From: a virus
Direction: 5' to 3' (one strand)
IMG/VR virus record: IMGVR_UViG_3300027969_000044
Coordinates: 64,001 to 128,000 of that record
Length of the DNA stretch: 64,000 nt
Positions within the stretch are counted from its first letter, which is position 1, and each line of letters opens with the position of its first letter. Positions 27,154-40,700 of the stretch are shown here, piece after piece. The translations under genes were made by a program, and so were the position numbers. The notes beneath the pieces were generated by a model. It was not told the origin of the DNA, did not search any database, and saw only the letters and a list, made by a program, of their open reading frames with translations.

Positions 27154-28761
27154 TTAGGCGATCTGTGTTCTTCCATTTACTGTAAACCAATTAGTACCAT
27201 TAAAGAAACAAGGTTGTGCTCCGCCAGACGCATCAGTTACATAAACCATTGCTCCTCGCTGTGTAATGCCGCCAAGTGCCGATAATTGTGCTGTAGTTGC
27301 GTTAGTTAATACAAACGGGGCGTTAGTTGTAATTTGCCCAGCGGCTTTAAGTGCTAGATCGTTTCCACTTTGTACTGTAGTAATTCCAACAGTACTTACA
27401 GTTAGTGTACTTACATACAATGTCTGTACTGTATACGTGTTTCCGGTAATGACCATTGCGCCGGTTGCGCCACTAGAGCCGGCTGCTCCGGTTGCTCCTG
27501 CCGGGCCAGTAGATCCTTGAACACCTGTTGCTCCTTGAGGAGAAACATCACCAATATTAATTGTACCTACCATTGCTGAATGGAACTGACAAATATAATA
27601 TAGGGTACTAGGAGCATTATACGGAACTGCAAAAGTTATAGTTCCAGACTGGGCTCCGTTGTTAGTTACACCAGAACTATAAGCATCGCCAGTTCCAGTA
27701 GATTGGGCAGTTTTGATCCAAAATGGATGTCCTGATGCGTTTACACTAAACGTATAAGTAAATCCGCGTAGTAAGAATAACGTTGGATCATTGGATCCAT
27801 CAATAACATAGGCCGAAGATCCGCTGTTTGTCACTGTATACACTCTTGCGCCACTTAGTCCTTGAACTCCGGTAGCACCAGTAGCACCTACTCCAGATGG
27901 GCCAGTTGCCCCTTGAACGCCAGTTGCGCCAGTTGCGCCATTAAGTCCAGCCGAGCCCGATGCGCCGGTGGCACCTACTCCAGATGGGCCAGTTGCTCCC
28001 ATAATACCTTCAGGTCCTCCTGCGCCAGTTGCTCCTGTTGGTCCAGACGCACCTGTTGCTCCTGCGCCAGTAGCACCCGTGTTGCCCTGGGGACCTGTTG
28101 CTCCGGCAGCACCTGTTGCGCCCTGACCTGCAAATAGTCCGTCTAATCCAGTAGCACCTTGAGATCCGGTTACACCAGTAGAACCTCGTATTCCGGTAGA
28201 ACCAGTATTTCCAATAGGACCTTGTGTTCCAGTAGCCCCTGTTGCTCCCTGTAATCCTGATTGTCCTTGAGGACCAGTGGACCCAGTTGCTCCCTGTGCC
28301 GCATATAATCCATCTAATCCAGTTGCTCCTTGAGAACCACTTGGTCCTGTAGCACCAGTTGATCCTCTGCCAGTAGCGCCAGTAGCACCTGCTTGTCCTT
28401 GAACACCAGTAGAACCCCTGGCACCTAACCCAGTAGCACCTTGCGGGCCAGTTGCGCCTGTTGCTCCGTCTGGTCCTGTGCCCCCAACAGCAACAGCAGT
28501 ACCCGGAGTCCCTTGTGGTCCTTGTGGTCCTGTAGACCCGGTTGCGCCATCATTTCCTGTGGAACCTTTAACTCCTGTAGCACCTGGATTACCCACAGGC
28601 CCTGTTAAACCAGTTGATCCTGTCGGTCCTTTAAGTTGACTAGCCAGTGTATTCTTTAGTGTACCGATGCTTAATTTATAGTTTGTGCCGCCGTCTAAAA
28701 TAGGCATAACAGCCGCATTTGACGGGTTAGTGCTTGTTGTTAAATCTGATATTCTTGCCAT
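27154..28761 (-). CDS. Collagen-like fibre protein with a cupredoxin-like domain
   Basis: Long Gly-X-Y tract (GAT/GST/GPQ); GHPFWI...[15 protein letters not shown]. Confidence 0.8.
   Translation of the reverse strand: MARISDLTTSTNPSNAAVMPILDGGTNYKLSIGTLKNTLASQLKGPTGSTGLTGPVGNPGATGVKGSTGNDGATGSTGPQGPQGTPGTAVAVGGTGPDGATGATGPQGATGLGARGSTGVQGQAGATGATGRGSTGATGPSGSQGATGLDGLYAAQGATGSTGPQGQSGLQGATGATGTQGPIGNTGSTGIRGSTGVTGSQGATGLDGLFAGQGATGAAGATGPQGNTGATGAGATGASGPTGATGAGGPEGIMGATGPSGVGATGASGSAGLNGATGATGVQGATGPSGVGATGATGVQGLSGARVYTVTNSGSSAYVIDGSNDPTLFLLRGFTYTFSVNASGHPFWIKTAQSTGTGDAYSSGVTNNGAQSGTITFAVPYNAPSTLYYICQFHSAMVGTINIGDVSPQGATGVQGSTGPAGATGAAGSSGATGAMVITGNTYTVQTLYVSTLTVSTVGITTVQSGNDLALKAAGQITTNAPFVLTNATTAQLSALGGITQRGAMVYVTDASGGAQPCFFNGTNWFTVNGRTQIA
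27850..28630 (-). repeat. Gly-X-Y collagen-like coding repeats
   Basis: 9-nt periodicity, locally GC-richer. Confidence 0.9.
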
Positions 28762-28762
28762 A

Positions 28763-31700
28763 TTATTCGCCTACAAAAGGTTCTCCGCTTTCGGTATCGA
28801 TGGTGTCACCGAGTTCTGTAACTAGCACAGGTTGTGAATCTGTATTTTGTCCGTATAGATATTTATCTGGCAATCTAGCAGGGCTTGCTCGTAGGAACCT
28901 AACTTGTTCAGTAGTCTGATCAACTAGCGACTTGTCGCTACTAATATCATACCAAATCTCAGTTCCTCTATAAACAACCCTAACTATTGATTCCATTTGC
29001 TTTGAAACGCCAGTGTTGTCAATAAAAGTAGGATCTAGTGGAACAAATAATTCTAAGAAATATCGATCATTGTAACGTTTAATTCTATATTCATCACTGA
29101 CAATTGGGTCTCCGAACACGCCCTGACTTGTTACTTCTCCACTGTCGTATGTCAACGTACCTTGTTTACGCATTTCTGATAACGAATGTTTCAACATACG
29201 ACCTTGGTAATATACACTGGCCTGACGAGACAAGTCGTTTTCGCTACCGCTAAACGGAATACCTGTTAGTTCCCAAATTGATGTACCGGTAGTAGAAATC
29301 TGTGTTGACGTTGTAACTTGACGCTTTCCCGGAATAAGTTTTGTAGTAACTACAGTACGGGGTACATTTAAAACATACGCATCTGAAACATTTTGCCATA
29401 ACAATTTAACTGCGCTTCCAGGCACAAATGTATATCCCGGATTGATCGTAGCTGTCACGTTTATATACCAAACAGTCGAAGTTGTACCTTGTGAGTTCTT
29501 AACAAATCGAGGGCCAAACAATGGAATCCCAAACGCTGTCTCGTATTCTTTTTTGTATCCGTTATAAAGAGCATTAACATCAAATACAACAGGACCTGCT
29601 ACTAACGATATTGTACCAGATGTTCGATTTGCTACCTGAGTCTGAAGTCTTGTAAACCAAGAAGTATTGGCTCTTGGTTTATTACCAATACTGTCTTCCG
29701 AAATAGCTAACCATTTTACCTCACCTGCTGTAGGATTGTTTCCTGCCCATAGATAGTTTGTATCGGAGTTAAAAGATAAAAATGTTGTATAGTTAACTGC
29801 ATTAACTAAATCAAATGTATAGTCTAATATTGCTCCTTGATCAATATAACTTCTTGTAACTACAGATGTGAATGTAGTTGTAGAAACTGTAACTGAAGAA
29901 TCTGGGATTTCAGGACTTGATACAACGTCAAAACTTGATGTAGTGCTTGTAACAGTTGTTGAAATATTGATAGTTTTAGGCGTATCTTTAATTCTAATAG
30001 TTTGATTAATACCTTGATCAAGTACTGAAGATCCGGCAACGTGTTGATCTTTAATGCCTGTTCCCAATGCTCCGCGTTTTAATTGTGTTAAACGATTGCC
30101 TATCATTTGATAGAACTCAATTCGTTCGCCGTCAACTAATATCACTCCTGGTATGCGATTAACTAAATCAGGAGGTGTTAGTTTATCAGCATCTAGTACA
30201 CTGATGCTTTCATCACTAGGATTTAGATCGGCTATTAGTTCAGTTACGTTTGCTCCGCTTAATCGTTTGTAATGTGTACGACCAAAATTATCGTAGAACA
30301 TTCTAAATCCAATTAGGTCGTGACTACCGTAGTCAAACGATGTTATAACTACGTCGTCAGTTTCTGCTAGAGAAACATTTAAACGTACTGTCATGCGATC
30401 TGAATCAAGTTTATAATCTTCTTCATTAATTAACGGACGTCCGTTTAGTTCTACCCAAACATAATCAGTATTAAGAGCCGCTCTACTTAACAGATAACGT
30501 CCACTAGAGTTTCCACTAAATCTTTCTTTTCTAATTCCCAATCCGTCATGATTATTGTATGTTGTAACTCGCAATGTGTCATTACCAGTTTGTTCAACAT
30601 TACGCATTAATGTCAAGTATGTTCCGTTAGCAGTTTCGTTAATCTCGTATTCGTGGCCAGCAAGGATAACAATAGCAATAGCATCGCCGTTTACTATTTT
30701 TCCAGCTTTAAAAGAAATTGTTCCTTTAATTTCTCTAAACTGATAATCTTTGCCTACAAATCTCTTGACTCCGTTTACATAAACTTCAACATCGTTAGCA
30801 CTAACAGTACCATAGTCAATTCCTCGAATAACTGGATATGTCTTTTGATTGTTAGCAACAACATAATAAACAATATCAGGCGGTAACAATCTTCTACCAT
30901 CGTATGTAACAATCGCTTGATTGTGTAGTGGTGCTAGTTTACCCGGAGCAGGCTCTAGTTTAAATATACGTTCCTTGTTACTTAGGTTAGCAAAAACTTG
31001 TTCATTAACTTCATTGAAAGCCTTAACTGGTGCGGCAAAGAACCACACTTGTAATACATCTCCAATAGATAATTCATTAGGTAATTCAATAACTATACGA
31101 CCTCTATTTTTAGAAGTTTTCTTAATATAGTTTGTAATACTAACGCCATTCAAAGTAACATATTCACTTTGAATAGTAGTGTATTCAGATTCAAATTCAA
31201 ACTCTGTAAAAGATAATTCTCTTCCAGTAATTGTAACAGAACTTGATTCTAACATTCTTGTTCCGCCAACGCCCACACTAGTAATTGATAATACTTGCGG
31301 AGTTGATGTAGATATTGTTTGTACTAACCCTTGAGGTTTGAACGGGTCAAAACTTCCCTTGCCGGCGTACTTCCAATCACCGCCATTCTTAGTACTATAG
31401 AATACGTGGCTAGTGTTGTTAGCAATCTGCGATGGACTTACAATGACCCCTGCTCCAGGATTACCGATTGTTCCGGCATTGGCAATACCAAATACTGAAC
31501 CAATGTCTGATCCTGTTCCAGGGCCAGTGAACAACGTTTCATAAATTGTTTCAACATATTGATTAGTTCCGTCACTGTATAAGGTACATTCATAATCGTA
31601 CGCAGGAATTGTAGGAGTGTCATTTCGTTTTACATAATGACTACCTTGGAATCTCATACGCCAATATTTAAAATTACCAATAGTACCGGTAGCTCTAAAG

Positions 31701-34700
31701 ATACCCGGTTCTTCACCAGTTTCTAAAGGTTGGCCGTTTACGCCGTATCCCTGCCATAAGTCAGTATACTCGGCATAGATTGCTGGAAACGGAAGAACTC
31801 CAACAGCCACAGGTGTATACAATCCTGTGCCGCCACCAAATGTCAAGTAGCCGTTTGTTCCTACGTATAGTTCTGTAAACTTTGTTCCAAACATATTCCA
31901 TTCAAAGCCAATTGGGTATGGCCCTTGATAGAAGTCGTCAACGTTACCGCCAGTGTCCTGTATGATATTTTCAAAGTTACCTTCTCTACGAGGACCAATA
32001 ACAGTCTTAGTATAATAAGGACCAGTAACGTCTGTTGTTGTGCTTACAACGTTGGTAACGGTAAACACATTAAGTTGATTAGTATTAAAGTCTACTAGAT
32101 AATCAAGATTCCATGTCATTGGCGTGTTACCTAACAACACCTGTACACTAGCAGTAGATGCTGGTCTAACTCCGATATCAAATACATAATTTGATCCGTC
32201 GGCAATATATTTTCTCGATGAAATTGTTGCTGAACTTGTAGCAGGTCTTGTATAAACACTAATGCCCAACGTGTCGCTCACACGCCCTGGCAAGTTTTCT
32301 TCTGGACCGTGGCTATTGTCGGGAGTAACAAATCCGTCTCCGTCGATATTGATTCCGGCAATACTGTTATTTCTTGGATCGTCTAGAGTTCTAGCAATTC
32401 TCTTGTCAACAGTTCCACCATCAATGTATGTGTCAATGTCAAGATCAGACGGAGTAACTGAACCATCGTCTGTTGTTAATCTAAAGTCAACAATAGTATC
32501 AGTTGATAGTAATGTGCCAACATTAACAGTATTCTTTATTCCGTTACCGATGAATGTAGAAGTAGTAGCGTATATGTTAGTTGATGCTGTAGTTCCATAA
32601 TATGGATCGTCAATTCGTCTTGTAACAACAGTACCATTTACATTGTCAGTTGTGTAAATTGTAAGTTTTTGTCCAACAGCAGGAATATATGGCAATGTGT
32701 ATGACGTAGTTACATCAGACCCGTAAGTGCTATGATATCCAGCAGTTAGAGAATAATCATCCCATGTGCTAGATGCCCAGCCAGTTGTATCCCAGCCCGC
32801 AGAGTTACGGAAAGGCAAGGTGTCAACTGTTACTCCTGGATATTCTAATCCACTCATTAACATTGTTGCTGTGTTACCTGGCATGCCTGCTACTGGTTGA
32901 TAGTAGTCACGAATACGGTCAACAGCATTGTATATTGATAGATGTTTATTATATGCTACAGTAACAACATCTTTATTTTTAGGAACTACGCCTAAAATTA
33001 TCTTAGAACGCTTCTTAGTATACCCGTCAGTTTCTGTATAGTTTTCTAAGGTATATGTGTTAGGCAATACTAAAATACCATTGATTTTAACTGTAAAGTT
33101 TTCAATATTAGATTCTGGATACCAAGTAAGGTAAAATTCACGAGTACTGTCATCTCCAATGAAGGTGTCAAGAGTTCGTTTTTCTCCAATCTCATTATAA
33201 CCACTCACTCGATCAAGTTTAATATGAAGCTTGTTAGTTCTTACTTTGTTATTGGCAATTCTAGCAACTGCTCTTGCTGGTACTACGTTTACATTTCCGC
33301 CGCCAACAAATTCAACACTCGGGGCACATAAGTATCCTTGTCCAGGATTTGTAATACGAATATCAGTAACTTCACCTAGAGAAATAAATGCTTCGGCAGT
33401 TGCTCCAAACCCTGGATCGCCATAGGCACTGACAATTTTAACTTCTGGTGCTGTTCTATATCCGCTGCCACCACTGTATATCAACGCATTAGAAACTGTA
33501 AATGTATAATTGTTATACCAGTTCTTATAAGGCTGTTGTAATAGCTGAGGAGAGCCAAACGATACTACAGAGAAACTCTTAGTTTCTGTATTGTAGTAAC
33601 TAGGCATGTCAAAGTCAGTAGGAACTACTGATGTAAATTCAGATGCTGTGTAATTACTTTGGAATGTTCTTATCTTAGTATGATAAGGTTTAGTTTCGTT
33701 AATATAACTTTCATAATAACTTGTATTTTGAAGTTTATATGTTGGACGTTGATCTAACGCACCGGCATTGTGATTGATAAAGATAAAGCTAGTTTTAAAG
33801 GCCCAGTCTAAGAATTTTTGTTCTGTTAGGGCATACTTAACAGCCTTAAACCATAACTTGTTGTTATAAATTTGCAAATCATCATTTAAGATATCAACAA
33901 CTAAAGCAGAAGTAATGTACTCAAGTTCTTTTTCATTACTTTGACTGAAAGGAGTTTGGTCCCACGATGCCGCACTGTCAAATCCGTAATTGTTTGTATT
34001 GTTGTTCCACAATGTATCTAAGAATTGAATTGTTCCTTTTTCTTTGAATACAATATTGTACTCTCGATTAAATGTGCCCGGCTGATTAGACAATGCTAGC
34101 TTCTGAAGTATAATATACTTGTTATCGCCAGGATTATCAATTCTCACGTAACTACCTTCGTTTACAGAAATGATAGGTAGTTGATATGTGTATTGTAGTG
34201 TTTTAACTATAGTTCGTTGTGGCACAAATCCTGGAGCACTCCAGTCGATGTACTTCCAATAATTTGTAACATCAAAACTAGATGTCTGAACGCGAGTCCA
34301 TGTTTTAGTAGTATAATCCCACTCGTATTTGCTCCATCGATTGGCAACTGTATCATCAAGATTTACAATAACTCTATGCGGTCTTGCTGTGCCAATTAGA
34401 TTATTATAGCCGTTGCCCTTAGAAACAATACGTACACCAATAATGCTACCTGATATATCAATTATAGTTTGAACTTTTGCGCCGGTGCCGTCACCTAAGA
34501 AATTGACAACAGGGCCTTTCCATGTTATGAAATTTCCAAACTCATCTGTGCTAATTCCAGAAAATTTTCCGTAGCCAAATCCTGGATCTGTAATTTCAAT
34601 GTCACGAATTCTTCCATTCTTAAGAATGAAATTAAATTTTGCCTGACGCCAGTAACGTGTAGCAATTGCATCCTTTTCAATATTATCTTCTACTAGAACA

Positions 34701-37700
34701 TCATATTCGCCATCCGAAGCATCTGGGTATTGCTCAGACGCATAGAGTTTTTCAAAGTTATAGTTTTCTTCGTTAACCAAGTGCCGAGTAAAGATACTGT
34801 TGAGATATTCAATAAGACTACGAATTGCGCCAATGCGATCAACAAACATACTTTGGCGAGGACGAATTCCTACACCGTATTTTAATCTATCAGGCAATGC
34901 TGGATCCGGAACAGGATTTCCTAATCGGTCTCTTCCTATATAGCTGTCAATTAATTTTTGTAATAAAGGACTATCAATTGACAATGTACTTCTTGGATCA
35001 TTCTCTCTTAAAATTAACCACTCTGTATGTTTGTTAATATCGGAGCCCAGTGTATCCATCTCAACTGACAAGTGAATTCTTGAATCTTTTAGCGTAGGCT
35101 TGATGTTGGTTAACATTAACGCAGACTCTGAAATTACAGAAGCATACTTAATACCCTGTGCCTTAGGATCAACAATTAAGTTTGCAGTTTCAAAAGCACT
35201 TAATCGTCTTTCAGGATTAGAAGGCAAGTTTATTTTATTCTTAACCCAGAAATAATATACATTGGCAAAATTATTGCTTACAGGGTTGTAGACCTGTTTA
35301 ATACTGATAACACTATTGTCAGAAAACTTAGGTTGCCCGCTAACACCCTGTGCTAGCCCTTCGTTGGTATCTGCTAGTGCAGCCCATTGACTAGGCAAAT
35401 ACTTAGACTTGACCCATTCATAAATGTCCACTGTACATCCTGGGAATAGTTTGCCCCAGTTGTTTCTACGGAATTCTAAGTCACCTTGCTCATACTGGAC
35501 ATATTTGATACTACTTAGATCCCACCATAATTCGCCAACATGGTCATCTAACCAGTTTGTGTTTGTATCATTAACTGTTCCTGTAATACCTATAGAATAC
35601 ACAGCAGGGTCAAATACAGTTTTAAATTTAATTTCTTGATCAGCAATACCAGGAATACGTCCTTTGATAGGATCAATAATTTCTAAGTAGTCCAATACTT
35701 GTTCTTCTTTACTGTCAATAGTAAAGATTCGATTTACTTTTCTTACATCAACAACTGGCTCTTGAACTCTTAATTGACTCCAAGAAATATCTGATCCATT
35801 GAATACATAGACTTTACCCTTTTCAGCAGACCCCGGAGCACCAACTAGCACCGCATCATCTAGTGCCGATACTGCTAGCCCATATCCGTCGTTGTCAAGG
35901 ACTACATCGTTGTTTAAACTTTGACCAAGTACAAACTTAGTATCTAATTTATTATAAACATATACTGACCCAGATGATTCTATATTTCCAGCAAATACTG
36001 TAGTCTTACTATCAAATGTTGTTTTAGTATTAGCATTAAGAGAACGATCAAATGTTAGTCCCCTATCAATGCCTTGCCCTTGTGTACCAATAATTAAAGT
36101 ATTGTTATTGTAGGCTAGAGAAACACCAAACCTTGTATCTGTTGAAAGATTTGGTGCTTTGATTGTTTGTAATGGTACATAGTCAGTTGAACTTGCATTT
36201 AATAATACATATACATACACACATTGCATATCGGGTGCTGATATAAAAAGTGTAGCACCAGTATCGTCAATCAACACTTGTTCGCCAAAATTACCATCGT
36301 TATCGGGTGATATAATATCTTGAATTATGGAAACATTGTCACCATAATAAACATATACGTTATTACTTCCGGGGGCGCCGACAGCATAATGCACACCGTC
36401 TTTGCTAGATGTAATACTTGTACCAAACGCACTTCCGGAAGTTAGTCCAGGAGAGTAAAGAACAGTAGGCACTAGTGAAAGATTATTAAAGTCGTATACA
36501 AATACACGACCTTCTAAATTACTGTGGCCCGGAGAACCTACATATAATTTTTTGTCGCGCATACAAACAGCAGAACCAAATCTAACCGGAGCTGGAGGTC
36601 CTGAGGGATTAGTTAATGTAGTTGTTCCAGAGATTGTATTGTCACTTAAATTTAATGTAGATATCTGAACCATGCCGTTGTTAGATGCAAATCCCGGTGC
36701 TCCAACAATTATGTCTAATGTATTAGCATCGCTATCGTACACGGAGGTAGAGCAATAGCCAAATTCCGAAGTATCGGTACCACCTGTTAATGTTATAGGA
36801 ATAGATATTAATTTAACTAATTGGTTAGCATCACTTCCAAACTTTTTATAAACAACTACTTCGCCGCCGGTATATCCTACTGTAGTTTTATAGTATGGAG
36901 ATCCAACAATAACAAAGTTACCATCAGTGTTTGAAGAGATACTGTATCCGAACTGTTGATTGCGAGTAGTTAAAACTCCAACTTCAGTATTGGTAAATGT
37001 GAATCGGTCATACGCATCAATTTTTTCATACACTGACCATTGATCATTTCCATTGTTATCTACCCAAACTTTTTCTCCAAATACATAATGCTTGAGGACT
37101 TTGTTATCAGCAAGGGCGTCAAGATTTTCGTGTCTGGCAGAGTTAAACATGAAAAGCAATCCAACACTAGGAACAAACGTTGTTGACATTCCTGTTAATG
37201 TTGTGCGAACTTTAATTACATTATAATCAGATACAACTGAAACTTGATACACTCCATTAATTTCAGTACCAAATTGACTAATTGAAATTAAATCTCCTGG
37301 ATTTAAATCATGCGGAACGTCTGTTGTAATTGTTAACTCAGTTCCGGGAATTGTAAGAACTGCGTCAATAACTCTAGGAGTTAGCAATGTATAACGATAC
37401 ACATCCCAATCTTTATCATCTCGGAACCCTAACCAAATAGTGTCTCCATCATTTAATGCGCGGTTGTTAGCAATGTCAAGCAGACTAGACTTGCTAAATG
37501 CTGTTGCAGTAATGTCATCTAAGCGAACATACCCTGCTGTCGGTAGAATTGTTTCTGTTGGTAATTCATCAAGTGTTGTTGTAGAGAACGGTGCGTTGTT
37601 ATAAAACTCAGGTTTGATTAACAAATCACTTTCTGTTTTGTATAATAAAAAGTCAGTAGGATTAATAGGACGTTGACTTACAAAACTAACTATCTGAGGA

Positions 37701-40700
37701 TTCTCTTTAAATTTTTCTTCATTTAGTTCAAATTCTAAAATTTGTTCTGTGGCATAGGCGCCATAGGCACCTGTTCTAAATGCCCACTCTTCATTAAAAT
37801 CAATGCTAGTTTCTAAACTGACAAGGCTGGCCTTATCCAGTCGATTAATTGTATTACGTGTTCCTTTTTCTTTTATAAATCCTTGATAAAATTTATACTG
37901 AGTAGTTTGATCAGTAAAAATATTGTCAAGGTAAGTTCGTGGACTATACCCAATTAAATGCTGACTTAGTTTTTGTTGAGCAATATCAAAGTTATCAATA
38001 TCTGTGCTGTAAAAATCTTCAAACTGATTAATTTTTAAATCAAAGTTTGGTAATAGATCAGCAACTGGTTTATTACCTAACACTTGCCATTGTGTAAAAT
38101 TAAATGTAGATTTACCTGCTTCTGAATTAATTGCGCTATAATATGTTCCGTTGTATCTTACAACATCTCCTGCGTCATAATCTGTGTACGCAGACCAGTC
38201 AGTTATTTTTGCTTCATCATAGATAAATCCGGGACTGTTTAAACTTCCAGTCCACTCGGCAGTACGGAAACCTTTTAATTTAATTCTACGTTGACGATAG
38301 CCCGACTCAATGTCATAGATAATGTCATTAAAGTAACTAGCATTATTAAGAATAATGTTGTGCTCTTTTTGTACAATATTCAATTGGGCAAAATAAATGC
38401 CATCACGTGTGTTAACTGTTTTAATAGTAAACACATTGTCAAGACGTTGCATACTAATTTGATTGCTTGGCATAATTGTGCCGTCAGCTTTTAATATACT
38501 ATATTCATAAAAACGATTTAATATATTGTCAACAACTCCGTTGTCACTCTTAAATTTAAGAGCATTAGCAAATGGACTGATTGTAATAACACTGTCAGTA
38601 TCCCATCCTTGACTAGACCAATATAAGAATTCTTTTGAAGCATAATTCCAATCAAGAATCTGTGACAAATCTTCTTGATATTCGTCAAATACAAATCCTT
38701 GAACAGATAACCATTCAGCGTAGCCAACAATTACATCATACACTTCTTGTACTGTTTTAAAGACTGTACCATAAGGAACTAACGATGTAGCGGTTTCAAA
38801 ACTTCTTGGCTTAATAACACTTACTCCGCCGTCAACTGGTAGCTTAGATAACTGAACAAAATAATTAGAATTAAATGTAGATCCAGATGTGTGACTGGTC
38901 TTTACTCTATACCATCCATTATTATAATACACAACTTGTCCGGTTTGATAAAATCTTGCGCCAGTTGGGTTAATTGCTCCAACCTGAATAGGACGATCAA
39001 TCTCTTGGCCGCCGGATTGCCATTCTACATACGGCTCGCTCTTACCACCAACTGTAAGCGCAGAGTCAGTTGTTGTATATACTGGATTAAAAATTGTAAA
39101 ATACGGATAAGTCTTATCATATCCCTTAAGAATAAATCCATCGGTAGTACGTTGAACAATTAATCCCGAGATACTGGCAACTTGTACAGGATTTCCTTGA
39201 TTTAAAAATATCTGATAGTCTTCTGAATTTAAACTAACACCAGGATTTGATGTACTAGGATTAACAGAGTCAATAATAATTTCTAGTTTATCTTTAGATA
39301 AAAATCCGCCTGCTTTATGTAATAGTTGTAAATTTAAAGACGAAAGTTCTTCTTTAAGTTGACTAATAAAACTTTTACGTTCTTGTTTTCCTACTTCTAC
39401 AAGAATTGGACTATAGCCCGCGGCAGTGACTTTTTCGTCGTTAACCACATCGCCGTAAATTGATAAATGCGTTGGATTTAAAAATGTTCCAGTATCTGTA
39501 TAAACGTATTGTCCAGCAACAGATTTTTTCATTCGACTTACGTCAAACATTAAACTAAAATAATCTGCCGGTAATGTTGTTGCCAATAAGATCTGTACGG
39601 CAAACGGCCATAGACTATTTCTTCTCCACGCAGACTCAACTGGGCCGCCGTCACCAAACACCCAACTATCAGTTGTACGAATTGGGTTAACACCTATTGC
39701 AACATTTGCGTTATCAGGAGTTAAAAGATTTCCAGCACTATCAACTGGAATCATTTCTAACAATCCAGGACGAGAGTACATAGAGTTATATGTTTCTCCT
39801 GCCGGATCAGCAATCTTACCTTCAGATAAATCTTGCCACAACAATAAGTTATCAGATGTGTACGGAGCAGGACCATATACTTCTTGCCACCACATTGGCT
39901 GAACAGGGAACCCCAACATTTCCCACGGATGAGTATGTGGTCGATCAGTGTCAAAGAAATATCTGTAAATACCTCTCCAGTTTCCTGGAATGCGGCGATT
40001 AATTGTAAAATTCTTAGCTGTAGAATAATTATATGTTTTTGAATTATCAACATCTATAGTTTCGTTTGTCTCATAATCAAAACCATAAAAGCCAGCCCAC
40101 TTTAGAAATTCTTTTTCTAAAATTCCCATTACATCCGCATAACCGTAATTACTCTTCCTGAACACACCAGGTAGTACCGAGTTAATATCAATTAGATCTG
40201 GATTGTAATCTACTTTGATGTTGTTGTAAACACGTTTTTCAAACTCTAAAAGAATATCGTCTCGGAAGTCTCCATACGCTAGAGTTATACTTCCGTCATG
40301 TCCTTCAATAACCATTTGAGGGCCATTGGCATACGTGTCATCGAGATACATACGTGGTTCAAATTTTGGATACAATCCTAACTTAGTCGGAGTGAACGGA
40401 ACAAAACATCCTACAGTACTGGCATAATCTTTAACAGTAATTGTATCACCTTTTGTTAAGACAATGTTTAAAATTACAATAGGAAGATAAGGATCAAATG
40501 TATAATCCTTTTTATATAAAAGTTGTGTTATTTCTCCGGTGCTTACGCTTGTATGATAAACTATCACTCCTCTAGAATTTAACTTGTCTAAAGAAAATTC
40601 ACCGTTGGGCAACGAGTATTCGTTATTTCTAATATTAGAAACAGTATAATTTCTAGTAATAACATTAGCACCATACGGAAGCATATCACTATCACTATAG

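Noticed and set aside
16417-28761. Diversity-generating retroelement acting on fibre tips
   Set aside because: No reverse transcriptase and no adenine-variant template/variable repeat pair seen in the window
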